Assembly: GCA_964270895.1 (NCBI GenBank)
Contig: OZ185441.1
Origin: Podarcis filfolensis
Taxonomy: Eukaryota
Length of the DNA: 64,000 nucleotides
Direction: 5' to 3' (one strand)
Part shown: piece after piece, positions 37,401 through 49,600 of the stretch
How the letters are laid out: each line of letters starts with the position of its first letter
How positions within the stretch are numbered: the stretch's first letter is position 1
Made by a program: the position numbers and the translations under genes
The notes under the pieces: generated by a model
What the model was told of the DNA's origin: nothing
Databases searched by the model: none
The model's input: only the letters and a program-made list of their open reading frames with translations

Positions 37401-38180
37401 CACAACTGTTGCAGATAAACACACATAAGCTTCACACACCCACACCCTGCTTCTAAACGCATAACTTGGAGTTAATAGCCCAAGGAAGATTTAGGATAGC
37501 AGCCTGGCATGTCAATGAGTGGCTTTATATTTCGGTTTATGCTTCAGACCCAACTCCATGGATTGGTGGTATAGAATTCATACCACAGAACAGAAAGCGA
37601 ATGGGAACCCCAAGATAAGCATTGCTTATATTGGAGAAAGCGGAGGAGGGTGAAATGAAATTGTATACATTCCGGAGACGAATATATTGTAGGATATCGC
37701 GATTTCCTACGAGCATTTAATTAAGTAATTTTCAGGCGCGCGCACCAGCACGCACGCGCACTCTCTTTCACACAGAGAGACACACACACCAAACGCAACT
37801 TGCACAGTTGCTCGGTAGTCAATTTCACTGCTGCGCTAAGGACAGCAGCCTGTGTTTCTAACCTGGAGGGTTCCTTAGAGCATCAGCTATCAATGTCTCT
37901 AAGCAAGTGACCTAACCCGGACTTGGAACCTTGAGCTGTGTGGGTTCCCCAAGGTTAGAGAATGAGGGAATTCTTGGGGAGTTTTCCTTCTTGGCAAGGA
38001 AAGGGCCAATTTGTCTCTAGCTGGAGGCTAGAAGGCTAAATCTAAGCTGGACAGCTCCCAGCGAAGCGTCTGGACCCGGTTAGAAGTGGCGAGAGGGGGG
38101 TGGGGGAAAGAAATCCCATGCAGTATAATAAGCCAAGCCCTGGCTCCCAGTCGGGTGGGGAGAGCCGGGCATTCACTCAC

Positions 38181-38281
38181 CTCAGCGCGGGGTATTGGAG
38201 TCCAGCAGCCGGCGAGCAGTAGACGCTGCAGTGCATGATTATCCCATAGACCAGCAGGGCGAGAAGCGCTTTGTTACACAT
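38181..38281 (-). CDS. ADCYAP1: Prepro-PACAP first coding exon (signal peptide); exon starts at 38288
   Basis: ATG at 38281; reads MCNKALLALLVYGIIMHCSVYCSPAAGLQYPAL(R); donor AG|GTGAGT at 38180; acceptor cctag| at 38289-90. The four exons total 516 nt = 171 aa + stop. Confidence 0.98.
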
Positions 38282-38532
38282 TGCCACTCTAGGAGGGTGG
38301 GAAAGAGAAACCGCGGTCACAAGGGGCTCCTAGGGGGCTCCCTGTCCCCTTCCCCAGCTTTGTCCAGTAAAGAATCAGCTCTTGTCACCTTGAAGCTATC
38401 AGATGCTGGGGAACCCGCCTGTGGGACTTTTCACCAACCGAGGCACAACCTCTCCCACCCACCCGCCCCCCTCCCCCCCCCCGGCACTGCCATGCCCCTC
38501 TCCCCCGCCCCGATTCCGCTCATTCGCCTTAC

Positions 38533-38700
38533 CATTCAACTCTGGAAACCAGGCGCAAGACTGGATCTGAATCAAGGAGGATTTCTCCCTTCTTCTTCTT
38601 CTTCTTCTTCTTGTTGTTCTCCTCCTTCTCTCGCTCTCTTCCTTCCAGGAAGTTTTGGTGGGGATAGTTAATCCTCCTGAAGCATCGCCTCTCTCTCGGT
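38533..38700 (-). other. ADCYAP1: Non-coding 5' UTR exon of ADCYAP1 (3' end firm, 5' end uncertain)
   Basis: Donor GAATG|GTAAGG at 38532 gives a 244-bp intron to the 38288 acceptor. Vertebrate ADCYAP1 genes have non-coding first exon(s). Confidence 0.7.
38589..38612 (-). repeat. (AAG)8 repeat in the 5' UTR exon
   Basis: Direct count of (CTT)8 on the plus strand. Confidence 0.9.
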
Positions 38701-39319
38701 TTCCCTCTGTGTGTCTCTTGCTTTCTTCCTCTGATGGGCAAAGAGGGAAACCGCAGAAAGGGAGGGGGCGTGGGACAGACAAGCAGATCGACTTGTTAGC
38801 TGCCTAGCTTGGGGGGGGGGGTTGCTCAGCTCAAATTTTTTAAAAGTTGCAGGTGTAAAGTGGAGTCTGCCAGGCAGGCAAGAGACAAGGGGAGAGAGAG
38901 AGGGTGAGGAGAGGAAGAAGGGGAAATCCTTGCAGGAAGAAAGAGGGAAACAGAAAGGGAGAAAGTGGGAACTGGCTGCGTTATAGCAAATGGTACAGAG
39001 CGGTTCTTTCCCCCTTCCCTGAGCAGCTCCTGGCTTCAGCGTCGATTTGTCTCCTTTTGCTTCACTACCTCCTCCTTTCTTCTCCTTTCTTCCTCCTTCT
39101 GTGCCTTCCAAGCTGATCAGCTTTGGCTGCTGGATGCTGACAGCCCCGGCTCCCACCTTAGCTACCAGATCTTTTGCACCCTCTTTGCTTTCTGCTCCCA
39201 GCTCTCTCTTGTAAACAGGGGGTCTCTCCCTCTCTTTCTCTCAATCTCTCTGCCTTGTTGCCTTGCCGGGTGTCTGGCTTGTTTTGTTTCTCTGTTGATG
39301 TGGCGTTCGGATTTTTATT

Positions 39320-39390
39320 TGCCAATGACTTTTTTTTATTGTTGTTGTTGCAGTCACGTAATAATCGGTATCAGAAAAGACGTCACCACC
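39320..39390 (-). promoter_or_regulatory. ADCYAP1: Proximal promoter motif cluster: CRE-like TGACGTCT (39378-85), bZIP/E-box hybrid GTCACGTAAT (39353-62), CCAAT (39322-26)
   Basis: Motifs read directly. PACAP genes are known to be cAMP/CRE responsive; function of these particular sites is inferred. Confidence 0.55.
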
Positions 39391-39943
39391 CCAATTCCTC
39401 AAGGAACAGAACAATCCCAACTTCAAGATGATGCGAGCAGGAGTCATAAGCTTCTCATAAGCACTTTAACTTACACCTCCCCCCCCCCGCCCCTTCCCAA
39501 CCAAAACTCTCACTGAGGTGGCTAATTTTCAAATTTCACATTTCCCCTATATTTCAGAGACGGGTCATTCGATTCCATGTCTCTTGCCGAAAGTCTGTCC
39601 TTCACATATACTTTTTTCTCCTCTTCCTAAGCGTCTTGCTTGGAAATAATCCCCACTGATTTCAATGGAAATTGCTTCCAAGTAAGTGGACTCCGGTCAT
39701 TTTTCAAACAGAAGACTTGCTATTTGTTTACGAAGCCAAGAAATCTTGGGCATGTGCTTCTTTAACCAGTGCAATTAAATATTTCAATCTCTGTTTTTGT
39801 TGCCGTCGTCATTACATTACTATTAATTTCCCCTCCAAAGCTGTTTGAAGTCTTAGAGGATTCTCTATAATTTTCTAATTAGAGATAGCAATTGACAGTC
39901 GGGTGGATTGATTACCCGCTGGGCGAACAGTTGCTTTCCCACT

Positions 39944-39971
39944 GGAGCTGTCCAAACACTGTGGTGCTGAA
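39944..39971 (-). promoter_or_regulatory. Non-canonical RE1/NRSE (REST site) with 9-nt spacer
   Basis: Minus strand TTCAGCACC-acagtgttt-GGACAGCTCC. Left half-site is perfect, right half-site differs by 1 nt from GGACAGCGCC. Confidence 0.7.
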
Positions 39972-41472
39972 TGGCTTTGGCAACTGCACAAAGAACTTGG
40001 AAGAATGTTGCCCCCAAGATTGCTCCATATTTACAGAGCTCCCATGCTGGCAGGGCAAAATTAGAAATGTCATCGTTTTATTCATACGGTGATGGTGGCT
40101 TGTTGTCATACCATATTCACTGTGATTTATTTGCCCATTTTGAAAGTGTAATGAGCATACGCGTATTTATTCTCTGAATGTGGAAAGGGGTTGTATGCTT
40201 TTTTAAAAAAATTGTGGACAGATCTCGGTTTTAGACGCCATCTGAGAATTTCAACAACAAATAACACAAACGCCCAGGCAAAGAGACGCAAGGAAATGAT
40301 TAGAAATTGATAATTCTGGGAAAGTTATGTTTGTATCTTCTTCCTCCCATCTCCCCCTTTCCCCCCTGTAAACCCAAGCAGCTTGGACTTGGCAGGGAAG
40401 CACACGCAGACGGGGAGGGTTTCCATTAAAACTTCATATGCAAGGGAATTCTTAAGGGAATCCCTCCTTGGGAATTCACAATCCATAAGCATTACTTTCC
40501 TGAAAATAATGTAGAGGAAGAGGGGCGATGGGGAAAAGATCACGTCTGGTCTCCGTTTCAAGTAATTTGGTATTACTGGCTTCTCGTTTCCTTCTTGAAG
40601 GTAGAAGTCCAGATCCATTTCAGAAAATTGTCTCAAGAAATGCAGACTGATGGAGCCACTGCCGTGCATGTTAATTATTAAGCTGATGAGCAAAAAAAGC
40701 AGGAAGAAGCGGAACCACAATGATTTTTTTTAAACTTCCTGATTCAGTTATTTGGCTTGAACATGCACGCAGGAGCGCTTTGAAACGTCGAGTTCTCAAA
40801 ACTCAAAATGTTTCTATAATTTAACAGAAAATAAACTCCACTGCTTTCCTCCCCTGAAGGACACACAATGTTTACGATAGTTTTAATCAGATTTTGTCGA
40901 TTAATTTTAATTGTGTTTTAGCTTTTTATATACAGGTAGAAATATTAGACTTTCACCTTGAGCATGTAGCAAGAAAATAATATTTATTGGGTAAATAATG
41001 TTTGTTTTTCTAATAGAATCAGTTGCCATCGAGGAACACTATTCGCTTGTGCTTTTTTAACTTCCACTATAATTCGTGTGAGCTGATACAAATAAAGTTT
41101 ATTTTCTCCCTTCTTCAAATAACTAATTTATGGACTTAAAAAAAAATCACTGAAACCTTCTGATGCGTTTCACTACAGAAAACCTGTTGCAAGCAGCGTT
41201 CGCCACCTTGTGGAAAGTTTAAAAGGTGCGTGACTCAAACTCGCGTTCAGAGCTATCTTCTGTACAGGGACTTGGGAATGAAGTATCACAAGACGAAAGC
41301 TTCACAGCTCTGCATTTTACTATACTTTTACTGTAGCTGAAGGCGCTGGGGAATCAAATCAGCCCATCTGAAATGGTTTCTCTTGTGTCTGGGTTTGTTG
41401 TTGTTTTCTAAATTGTTGCTTTCCCTCCATGACTAAAAGAGAAAGAAAAGCACAGAATTAAAAGCCTGTGAT

Positions 41473-41619
41473 GGTTGGACAGTGTTCTCGAAGCTACCAG
41501 CATGAGTTTGACCAAGCTGCGGGAGGCAGTGGAAGACAGGAGTGCCTGGCGTGCTCTGGTCCATGGGGTTACGAAGAGTCGGACACGACTAAACGACTAA
41601 ATGACTAAACAACAACAAC
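41473..41619 (+). mobile_element. BovB (RTE) LINE, 5'-truncated 3' end
   Basis: Same sequence as the 3' end of the 55.5 kb copy; (CAA)n tail; 13-bp TSD AAAAGCCTGTGAT at 41460-72 and 41620-32. Confidence 0.93.
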
Positions 41620-43492
41620 AAAAGCCTGTGATATTAGGAGTCTATGATTCCAACATCTTGATCCCAAATCTATTACTTGGACCCAAGTCTGAAAACAGCA
41701 CACTCATTGGTCTACTCAGTGGTAGACAAACACTCATTGATCTCCACTCATGGCCACATGGTATATTTCTATGCTCCGAATAGTGTACAAGTGAGAAAAA
41801 GCGGAATGTCACTGGGAAAGGTAGGGCACTTTCCCTTAAATAACCTCTTTTCCAATCTTGCATTGTTAACTGAACTCCAGGCCCACTGTTCACACAATGA
41901 TTAATGTGCAAGGACCCCTCTGTCATGTATTCTGCAGGCCGTGCTGAATCTTTATAACACAGAGGTGCTGGGGCTCAACGATCCCCAGAGGCACATCCTC
42001 CTACCTAGAAGTGCTTTTTCATAATTCCAGATGTGCAGCGTCTGGAAATGTGAAATACTGTACAGTATTTCCTACCCAGAAATAGTACCATACCCACATA
42101 GGAAATTAGAAAGACGTTGGGTCTTGAGTATGTGTAAATCAATGTCAACCAGATTCTTGACTTGCATTATTCATAATTCATTTTATGAATCTTTTGCTGT
42201 TCTACTGACCAGAATAAAAAGTAACTCATGATTTAATCATTCAGAAGTGGCTAGGTGTTTCCAGACATGGCTACCCACCTCTATCCCCCTCAATGGTGTT
42301 TAGACAGAGCTTTTTTTGTGTGTGTGTGTTCTCATTATTATTTGCATTGTTCATATTTTATTTGTTTATATTTCATCTGTTCTTCATTATGTTTTAATTG
42401 GCTAATGCTTTTGAATTTGCTATTTTGCCTGTCATAGCTTTTATCTCTTGTTGTTAGCTGTCCATGAAAAGGTGGGGTATAAATATCTTTAATGCAACAA
42501 ATAAAATAAAGTATCCATAGTGATAGTTAGAAAAAAGCAAGATGGGATAGTCAAGATCAGTATGAACTGCACTATATAAAAAATTCAATAGAATATAACA
42601 ATGAATGGCAGAATAGGATGAAGGCCACAATCCTAAATGCACTTACTTGGGAGTAAGCGACATTGAATACAATGGGACTTACTATTGAGTAAGCATGAAC
42701 GGTGCTGTTAAAATGAACATAAAGGCTTGTGCACAGCCAGTGAGAATTTAAAGTCTAGTAATTTTGTTACCTTGAAAAGCTGAAACACTTCTATCTGTTA
42801 TAAAATAGTTTGTCATGTATGATGGAGTTCACAAATGCAGGGAGCTTTTTAAGTTTCACAAATCCAGAGCGTTCTTGGACACACAGAACTAGCTTCACAG
42901 TTTTTCGGATTCAGGCAAAAGACTTCAGCCTGACCTCACAATAAAAGTTTGTTTCCAACTTAGGTGCCAATTAAAGCAGCATCCATGTGCAGATGCCTGG
43001 TATGATGCAAAATGCTCCATGTCTTCTACGCAGATGCCTTTTAGGTAGGATGACTCAGATATACAGATAAAGAATGACCCAAGTAGAGCCATTTTTGGTA
43101 AGCTATTTTTCTACTGCTGTGTCCACATATGGAATGAAATGAAAAAGCTCGTCCATCAGAACAGACACTCTTAAATTCTGTTTCAGCCTTGCATATCCAC
43201 TGACCATAATGTGATGAATTATAATCTCTGTTTTATAAATGAGAGGTAACATGCTGAAAGACATGTGGGAGGGGACATATCAAATCACCCTTCAAAGGGA
43301 GAAATGACACCGGGCGATGTACACACAGTGATTAGTGGTTCTGTAGCCTAATCTCATCCCTAGTCCCTTCCCGTCATTTCTCTCTTCTTTTCATGCATAG
43401 TATCTCACCTCATCCCATATCATGTAATCATTCCATTTCTCTCCATTCTTTCCTCCCTTAAAAGAACCATCCATGGTTTCTCTGCTACTTGG

Positions 43493-43620
43493 TATCCTCA
43501 TAACAATCCTGTGAGCCAAGTAAGGAGACTGTGAATGACTCAAGGTCACCCAGCTGGCTTCATTTGAACTTGGGTCCCCCTTATCTTAGTTCAGAACTTG
43601 AACCATAGCACCATACTGGC
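43493..43620 (-). mobile_element. Diverged Squam3-like SINE
   Basis: atcctcataacaatcctgtgag...caaggtcacccag...ttgaac...aaccatagcaccatactggc. Confidence 0.65.
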
Positions 43621-46600
43621 TTTTTACAACATTTCCTACTACCTGAGGCTGCAATCCAGTTCAAACTTACCTGGGAGGAAGTCCCGTTGAATTCAGCATG
43701 ACTTACTTCCAAGTAGACATGCAGACGGCTGTGCTGCCCATTCTTTTCCAACTCACTGGCACCTCGTCTCAAGAATTCCCATAGCAACCACCACATATTC
43801 CTGTGGTCTGCATGTTGCTTGATGCAAGCATATACAGGGGGCATTTTCCCATGAGGAGAGCAAACTGGGGAGTTGTGTTTTTTGCTTTTTGCTTTTGTAA
43901 TGTTAGCCAATTTTCAGGTTCAGCACATGAGGAGCAAGTAGGCACACAAGTGACTATTGCTAATCCCAAAAACAACACAAGAGTGTTTGTCTCATTGGGT
44001 TAAAAAGAAAGGTGAAAGACTTTTTTTAGCTTCTCTGATTTATATATATCCCCAAAAATGATCTTCCCATATAAGATTCTGTATAATGTCATGCAAACTA
44101 ATGGGAATGTTATCTGCCAATAACTGTGCCAACAGAACATTGGATTTATAATTAAGTGACATTTTATGCGATTGTGGGGGTTTTGATGCACCTCTTTGAA
44201 AGAGATATTTGTATTTCTGAGGTATAACTTAGTGGAATACGTAATGTCAAACATAAGCACAGAGAAGCAAATAGGCCAAATTCTTAATAATTAATCAAAA
44301 GGCCATTTCATCTCACCAGAGGAGAGAAGATAAGTGAATAAAAGACATCCCTGGTTTCTTGCTCCAAAATGCATTACGCATCATTAGCAGGATAACCATT
44401 TACTCTGTTTTTCTTGTGGTATCACTTAAAGAGATGTCGAAGGGTCAAAGTGTCCTTGTTTTGACTGCAGAAACATTTGTCGCTCTGCATTGATTTTAGA
44501 TGGGATTGATAAAAACCCCCGTAGTAAAATCCTTGACTTTTTGCTAAGGATTTTTTGTCAGATGGGTTTAACAGACTTCTAGAACAACTGGGTTGAGGTT
44601 AATGCAAAGCAGGGCTGCATTCAGTCTTGCTTGGTTTATTGTGGTGCTTTTTAAAACTATAATCCTCTTGGTTTAAAGATGTGGTTTGAAATTATACAAC
44701 AAGATGCAAGAACAAGATGCAAAATCAGGATCTTTTCATGTGTGTTAAGTGATCCTGACTATACAATATTGCTTAAGAACGTAAACGCATCTTTCAGGAT
44801 CAGGTCCACCTGGTCCAACATACTCTGCAAGAATACCAGCAATCAGCCAGACCACAAAAAGCTCTATGGTCCACCAATGAACCACAATTTACCTTCACTA
44901 CTGGAATAAAGAAATAAAGGTATCTGCAGCTGGAGGTACGCAGAAGAACTGAGAAGTACACCTGAAAGATCCCCAAAATTAACATGATCTTAAGAGCACA
45001 CGCACGCACACACAAACACACACACATATATAACTGGATATTTGAAACTTACCTAGGAGATGTCACTCCAAAACGTTATAGAAAATTGGGAAGGCAGAAA
45101 TTCCATAGCCTCTCTACGCAATTTAAATAAGGACTAGAGTTTTCAGGACAAGGTTCATAACAGTAAGAACAGTGCCAAGGGGAAACTGTGTGATATTCTT
45201 TCTTACAAGTTTTGAATAAAATTTTGGATAGATGCTTAAAATAAAACTACCTTGTTTTAAAGTCAGAAGAGGGATGTTTGAATCCACATATTGCCTCCTA
45301 GATTAAAGCTTCTTGTTTAAACCTATCCCTGTTGCTACAGAATCATTTCCATCTTATTTTGTGTGTGATCCACTGGATGTGAAGCAAACTTGATATTTAT
45401 TTAAAACAAACCATTTTGAAAAATGTCAACCCTTATCCCAGTCATTGACCAAGGAAACTTTGTCATTTTTTGTTTTAACTGGAGGTTGGGTTGAGCTAGT
45501 AATTTCCCATATACTGCAATCCAGAAAAAGATGGCAGCTACATTCAGTCCAGTGCAGAAATAGAAATTCAGAGCCAAACAAGATGTGGTCTTCATTTTGA
45601 GGAGGGGGCAGGGAGAACAGCCCTGTGAACATCTGTTTCCCATGGTTCAAACATTCTCTCAAGGGGCCTGGTTCTAAACTGAGATGGAGGTTTCTGTTAT
45701 TTGCTTCTTCCTATATTTTAGAACCGTATTAAGAATACCTTGGGAAATACTCAATTCATTCAAGCAGGCTACTAAACAAGATGTTATAAGAGCCCTTGGC
45801 AATTTTCAGAGGAATTTCCTACTAGGTTAAAGCACCTATGTGGGAATAACCATACATAATTTGATTGTTATAGCCTGAACTACACTTTTTTTTTTTTTTT
45901 GAACCATGTGAATATAAACCGTGTGGGGTTTTTTTACAGTGAAATTGTGCATTTCTGGGTTTTCAACCTAAGATACCAAAAATCATCATTCTATAAGACT
46001 ATAAAATACTTCCTTCAAACAAATAAAGCCTTCATAGAAAGCCTAGTGCTTTTGATAGCAGCTTTGCTAATATTTCAACCCTACATTACCCATAACAATA
46101 AGTGAGATGACTTTGATGAATACCCCATATTTCATGTCTGGGTAAGCCAATCAACTTCTACCAGCTCCCAACATTTCGTAAGGATGGGAGGACCAAACTA
46201 TGGTGGCAGGACATTTGGATGAGTGGCAGAAGCACCTTCAAGTATCCACATGTTTCTTTCAACAGATTCCACCAATAAGCAGCTCTTAAACATGAAGTTC
46301 TCCTATAAACCCATGGAGTTCCTTGTATGGACTGGTGTTAGCATCTCCTTTGGATCCCACATTATGAAATGTTGCTAAAGATGAGCAGCTACCTAGTCGC
46401 TAAGAAAGCAGACAATGAATGATGCCCTTCCCAAAAGATGTACTTTCTGTCACTATGAGTGAGAGGGAAAGTTATGAATGCAGAACAGCAGAAATTCCAC
46501 ACAACATTTTACAGTCACTGATACTTTTTTTGTGGAACATGATTAATCTCATAGCATTGAGGTAAACAAAATATTATTGAAAACTGCATTACTCATCCAT

Positions 46601-49600
46601 ACAGGATGGAATAATTGAAAAGAGTTCTCAGCTATATGTAAAGATGCCCTTCACCTGAATGTGTTTTTACTTCCTTCCTCTTTTCAGTGTTGATTCATGG
46701 CTGGGTTTGTCATTCCACTCAGCTGTGAACTTGTGTCCTACAAGTGCGTTGGGACACAGGATTTGAGTGATTCAGTCCTGTAGATATATTTCTATCCTAC
46801 TGAACAAAATCATTCATTTTCATTTAGGGTTCACGGTTGACACTCCTGAAAGCCATAATGTCATCTCACTGGAATGTTCTTCTGGTATTGTCATCATAAG
46901 GCAGTGTTTTCCAGAATGAGGATCTGCATGAGAGGTTTTAGAAAACATTCTTGGGACTAAAGGGTATAGCAACACAGTTTTCTCAAAAGGGCTGATGACA
47001 ATGCACCAAGGCAATGCCAAAAGCAAGCAGATTCCGGACATGACCACGGCACTGAGCAATACACAGTGATTCATATCATCCTTATTACAACAAGGGAAAG
47101 TGCACTGTGAAAATCAAAGGGCTGATAGAACATCTGCTTTGCTCTCTGGCATCTCAAGATAGGGCTGAGATGGATCCCTGTCTGTGTAGATAATATGGAC
47201 ACTCATGGACACTAGAAAGTTGGCTGGTGAACTGAAGGATGGAGGGACATATTTTGTGGGATAACCAGTCTCATATAACCAACATGCTTAAGTCTTATTA
47301 ACACATGAAGGGGTTAAGACCATAGAGTAAGCTGTCCTGCCAGGTTTAGCTAGGTCACTCCCCCTCACCTTGAGAGGAAGGTAATCAAGCCTATTGTTCT
47401 CTCCTAGTCTACCTTAGCAGCTTAGTGTGCAAAGAAGTCTGAGCTGGTTGTTCCAGCCTCTCTTGAGTTCCTATACTAATCATTTAGGAACTTTCACCAC
47501 TACAATTAAGCCAAGTTTTACTGCCTGTGTTTTCTGACTGATGTAGGAAAAGCACATGAACTTGACCTTTGGAGAGTTTGTAAGTAAACCAATTATTAAC
47601 TTACTAAATGTGTGGTCTTCTTCTATGCTAGTGGAAAAGGGGAACTTTGAAGGGCATATTTTAAAGGTCTAACAGTCTATATTTCCACACTTTGCTGCAT
47701 GTTTTGTGATTTTAAATCTCTGCTGGGGTTATCTCACCAATCTGGGTCTGTCTTGGCATCCAGGAAATTCTCCGTTATAAAATTCCCATACAAAAGCATA
47801 TTTTTCCTGGGCTACCAGGCTGAATGGGATGGGATGGGTTTCATATACAGAAACACAAATTTTCCTAAACCCTCAGTGTTCTACAATGCCTCATTTCAGT
47901 TTGTTTATTAAAGGCCTAGGGAAACTCAGTGGCTGGTGGAGAGAAAAAATGTTTTCTTGTTCTTTTACATAATTGCTTTCTGAAAGCCACTAAGAGGATC
48001 ATTTTACACCACAATGTCTTTCAAGCGGACATCAAGAAGTCTGACAGGGAATGTTTCAAATGTTTCAGAACTTTCAACGTCTGAAAAAACATTTCCTTGA
48101 ACTTTTATTTATCATTTTATCCATTTATTCTATGTCAGCATCAGTGGGAAGGTGAAAAGGTTAAGATAAGGTGCTTTCTGGAAAATAAATACATTTCAGT
48201 TCCAAGAAATCAGCCATCATGTCATCCATGGAAGCCCTTGTCTGGTCTTCTAATAATGCAGCATCCATGTTCATGGCAGAAAGTGAAGTCTCAATTTGTT
48301 AAAGAGCAAGTTTAATGAAGACCCATTCATGCTGAATTACACCAAATACATTAATGCAAATGGATATATTTTAATGCAAACATGTTTCCATGAAAAGCAT
48401 ACTTCGACATGTTTTATTTAACTTACCATATTTTTATATATACATCTTTTAATATATGCACAAATGTTTATGTTGAAATGAAACTAAATTTAAATACAGT
48501 TGGTGCAGGCATCAGAGCTAAATTGTAGGCACCTGTCATCCGGAAACCAGAAACCAGACCTAAATTCAGACACAGAGCCTATAAATACTTTAACTCTATA
48601 ACTGCCTAGACAAAGTTCCTCCCTGAACAGGAATGGTATCCCTTACCAATGAGGAGAACAAATGGCCATTCTGAGCAAGTAAAATCCCTCCTTGCCACCA
48701 GAAACCTTTACTACTTAGGGCAGGAGTGGGAAGCTCATAGCCCTGCAAATGTTGTTGGACTCCAGTTCCCATCAGCCCCAGTTAGCATGGCCAATGGCCA
48801 GAGATAATGGGAGTTCTAGTCAAGCAACATCTGAAGGGTCATAGGTTCCCCAACCACGGCTTAGGCCCTCACTTTTCCAGTGAGGCAACTCTAGACTCAG
48901 ACACCTTCCCCCACTCTCCCGCTGTTCTGTAGCTCTTACCTGTAACCCTGGTGTCTTATTACACAGAATATCTAAACAGTGATATAGATTACTGGTTTTG
49001 GCTCTAGGAGCTCCTGGAATTAAGAGGATATCAAGCACCATTTATTTCAACAAGCAAGGTATGGGGATTACATACCTTCCAGTGAAGCCAATAGACATTA
49101 ACATTACTTTCAGCTGTGCTGGATCATCTTGGCAGACAATGGTAAGATCCCTATTGTCAAGATGACATGTCAGACGGAGCTGGTTTTATTTTTCAAAGCA
49201 CCTCTAGCCAGCCTAATTACCTGAGCATCAAGTAGCAAGTCTAAGCCAAAGAGAGCAGCCATTGCAAACATTGCTCTATTAAAGAAAGTATGATCCTGCC
49301 TGGATCAACTGGACTGCACGCTATCATCACATCTGATTTATGTGTGCTCCGCTTTAGTTCTTTGCTTACCTTTGCTGCTCCTGTTTTTTAGTTCAAGCCC
49401 TTCCATCCCCTCCCCTCCCCCAAAAAGATGCCTATTTTGTGGAGATTTCTGCAGCAAAAGTAATGTGAAAGCCTGCAGCACCTTCTTAACATGGCAAAGT
49501 AGTCCATTGTATTATGTTCTCATGTAGCACCGATTGGTGACATTCATTGCCCTACACCAAGGTCCGTAAAAATATCATGCATGAGGTAGGTCTGAAAATC

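Noticed and set aside
48934-48942. CAG|GTAAGA donor 10.7 kb upstream of the ATG (and CAG|GTGAGT at 54546-54554) as a counterpart of the mammalian testis-specific first exon
   Set aside because: About one such consensus donor per strand is expected by chance in 64 kb. There is no promoter or sequence similarity evidence; similar distance alone is not support.
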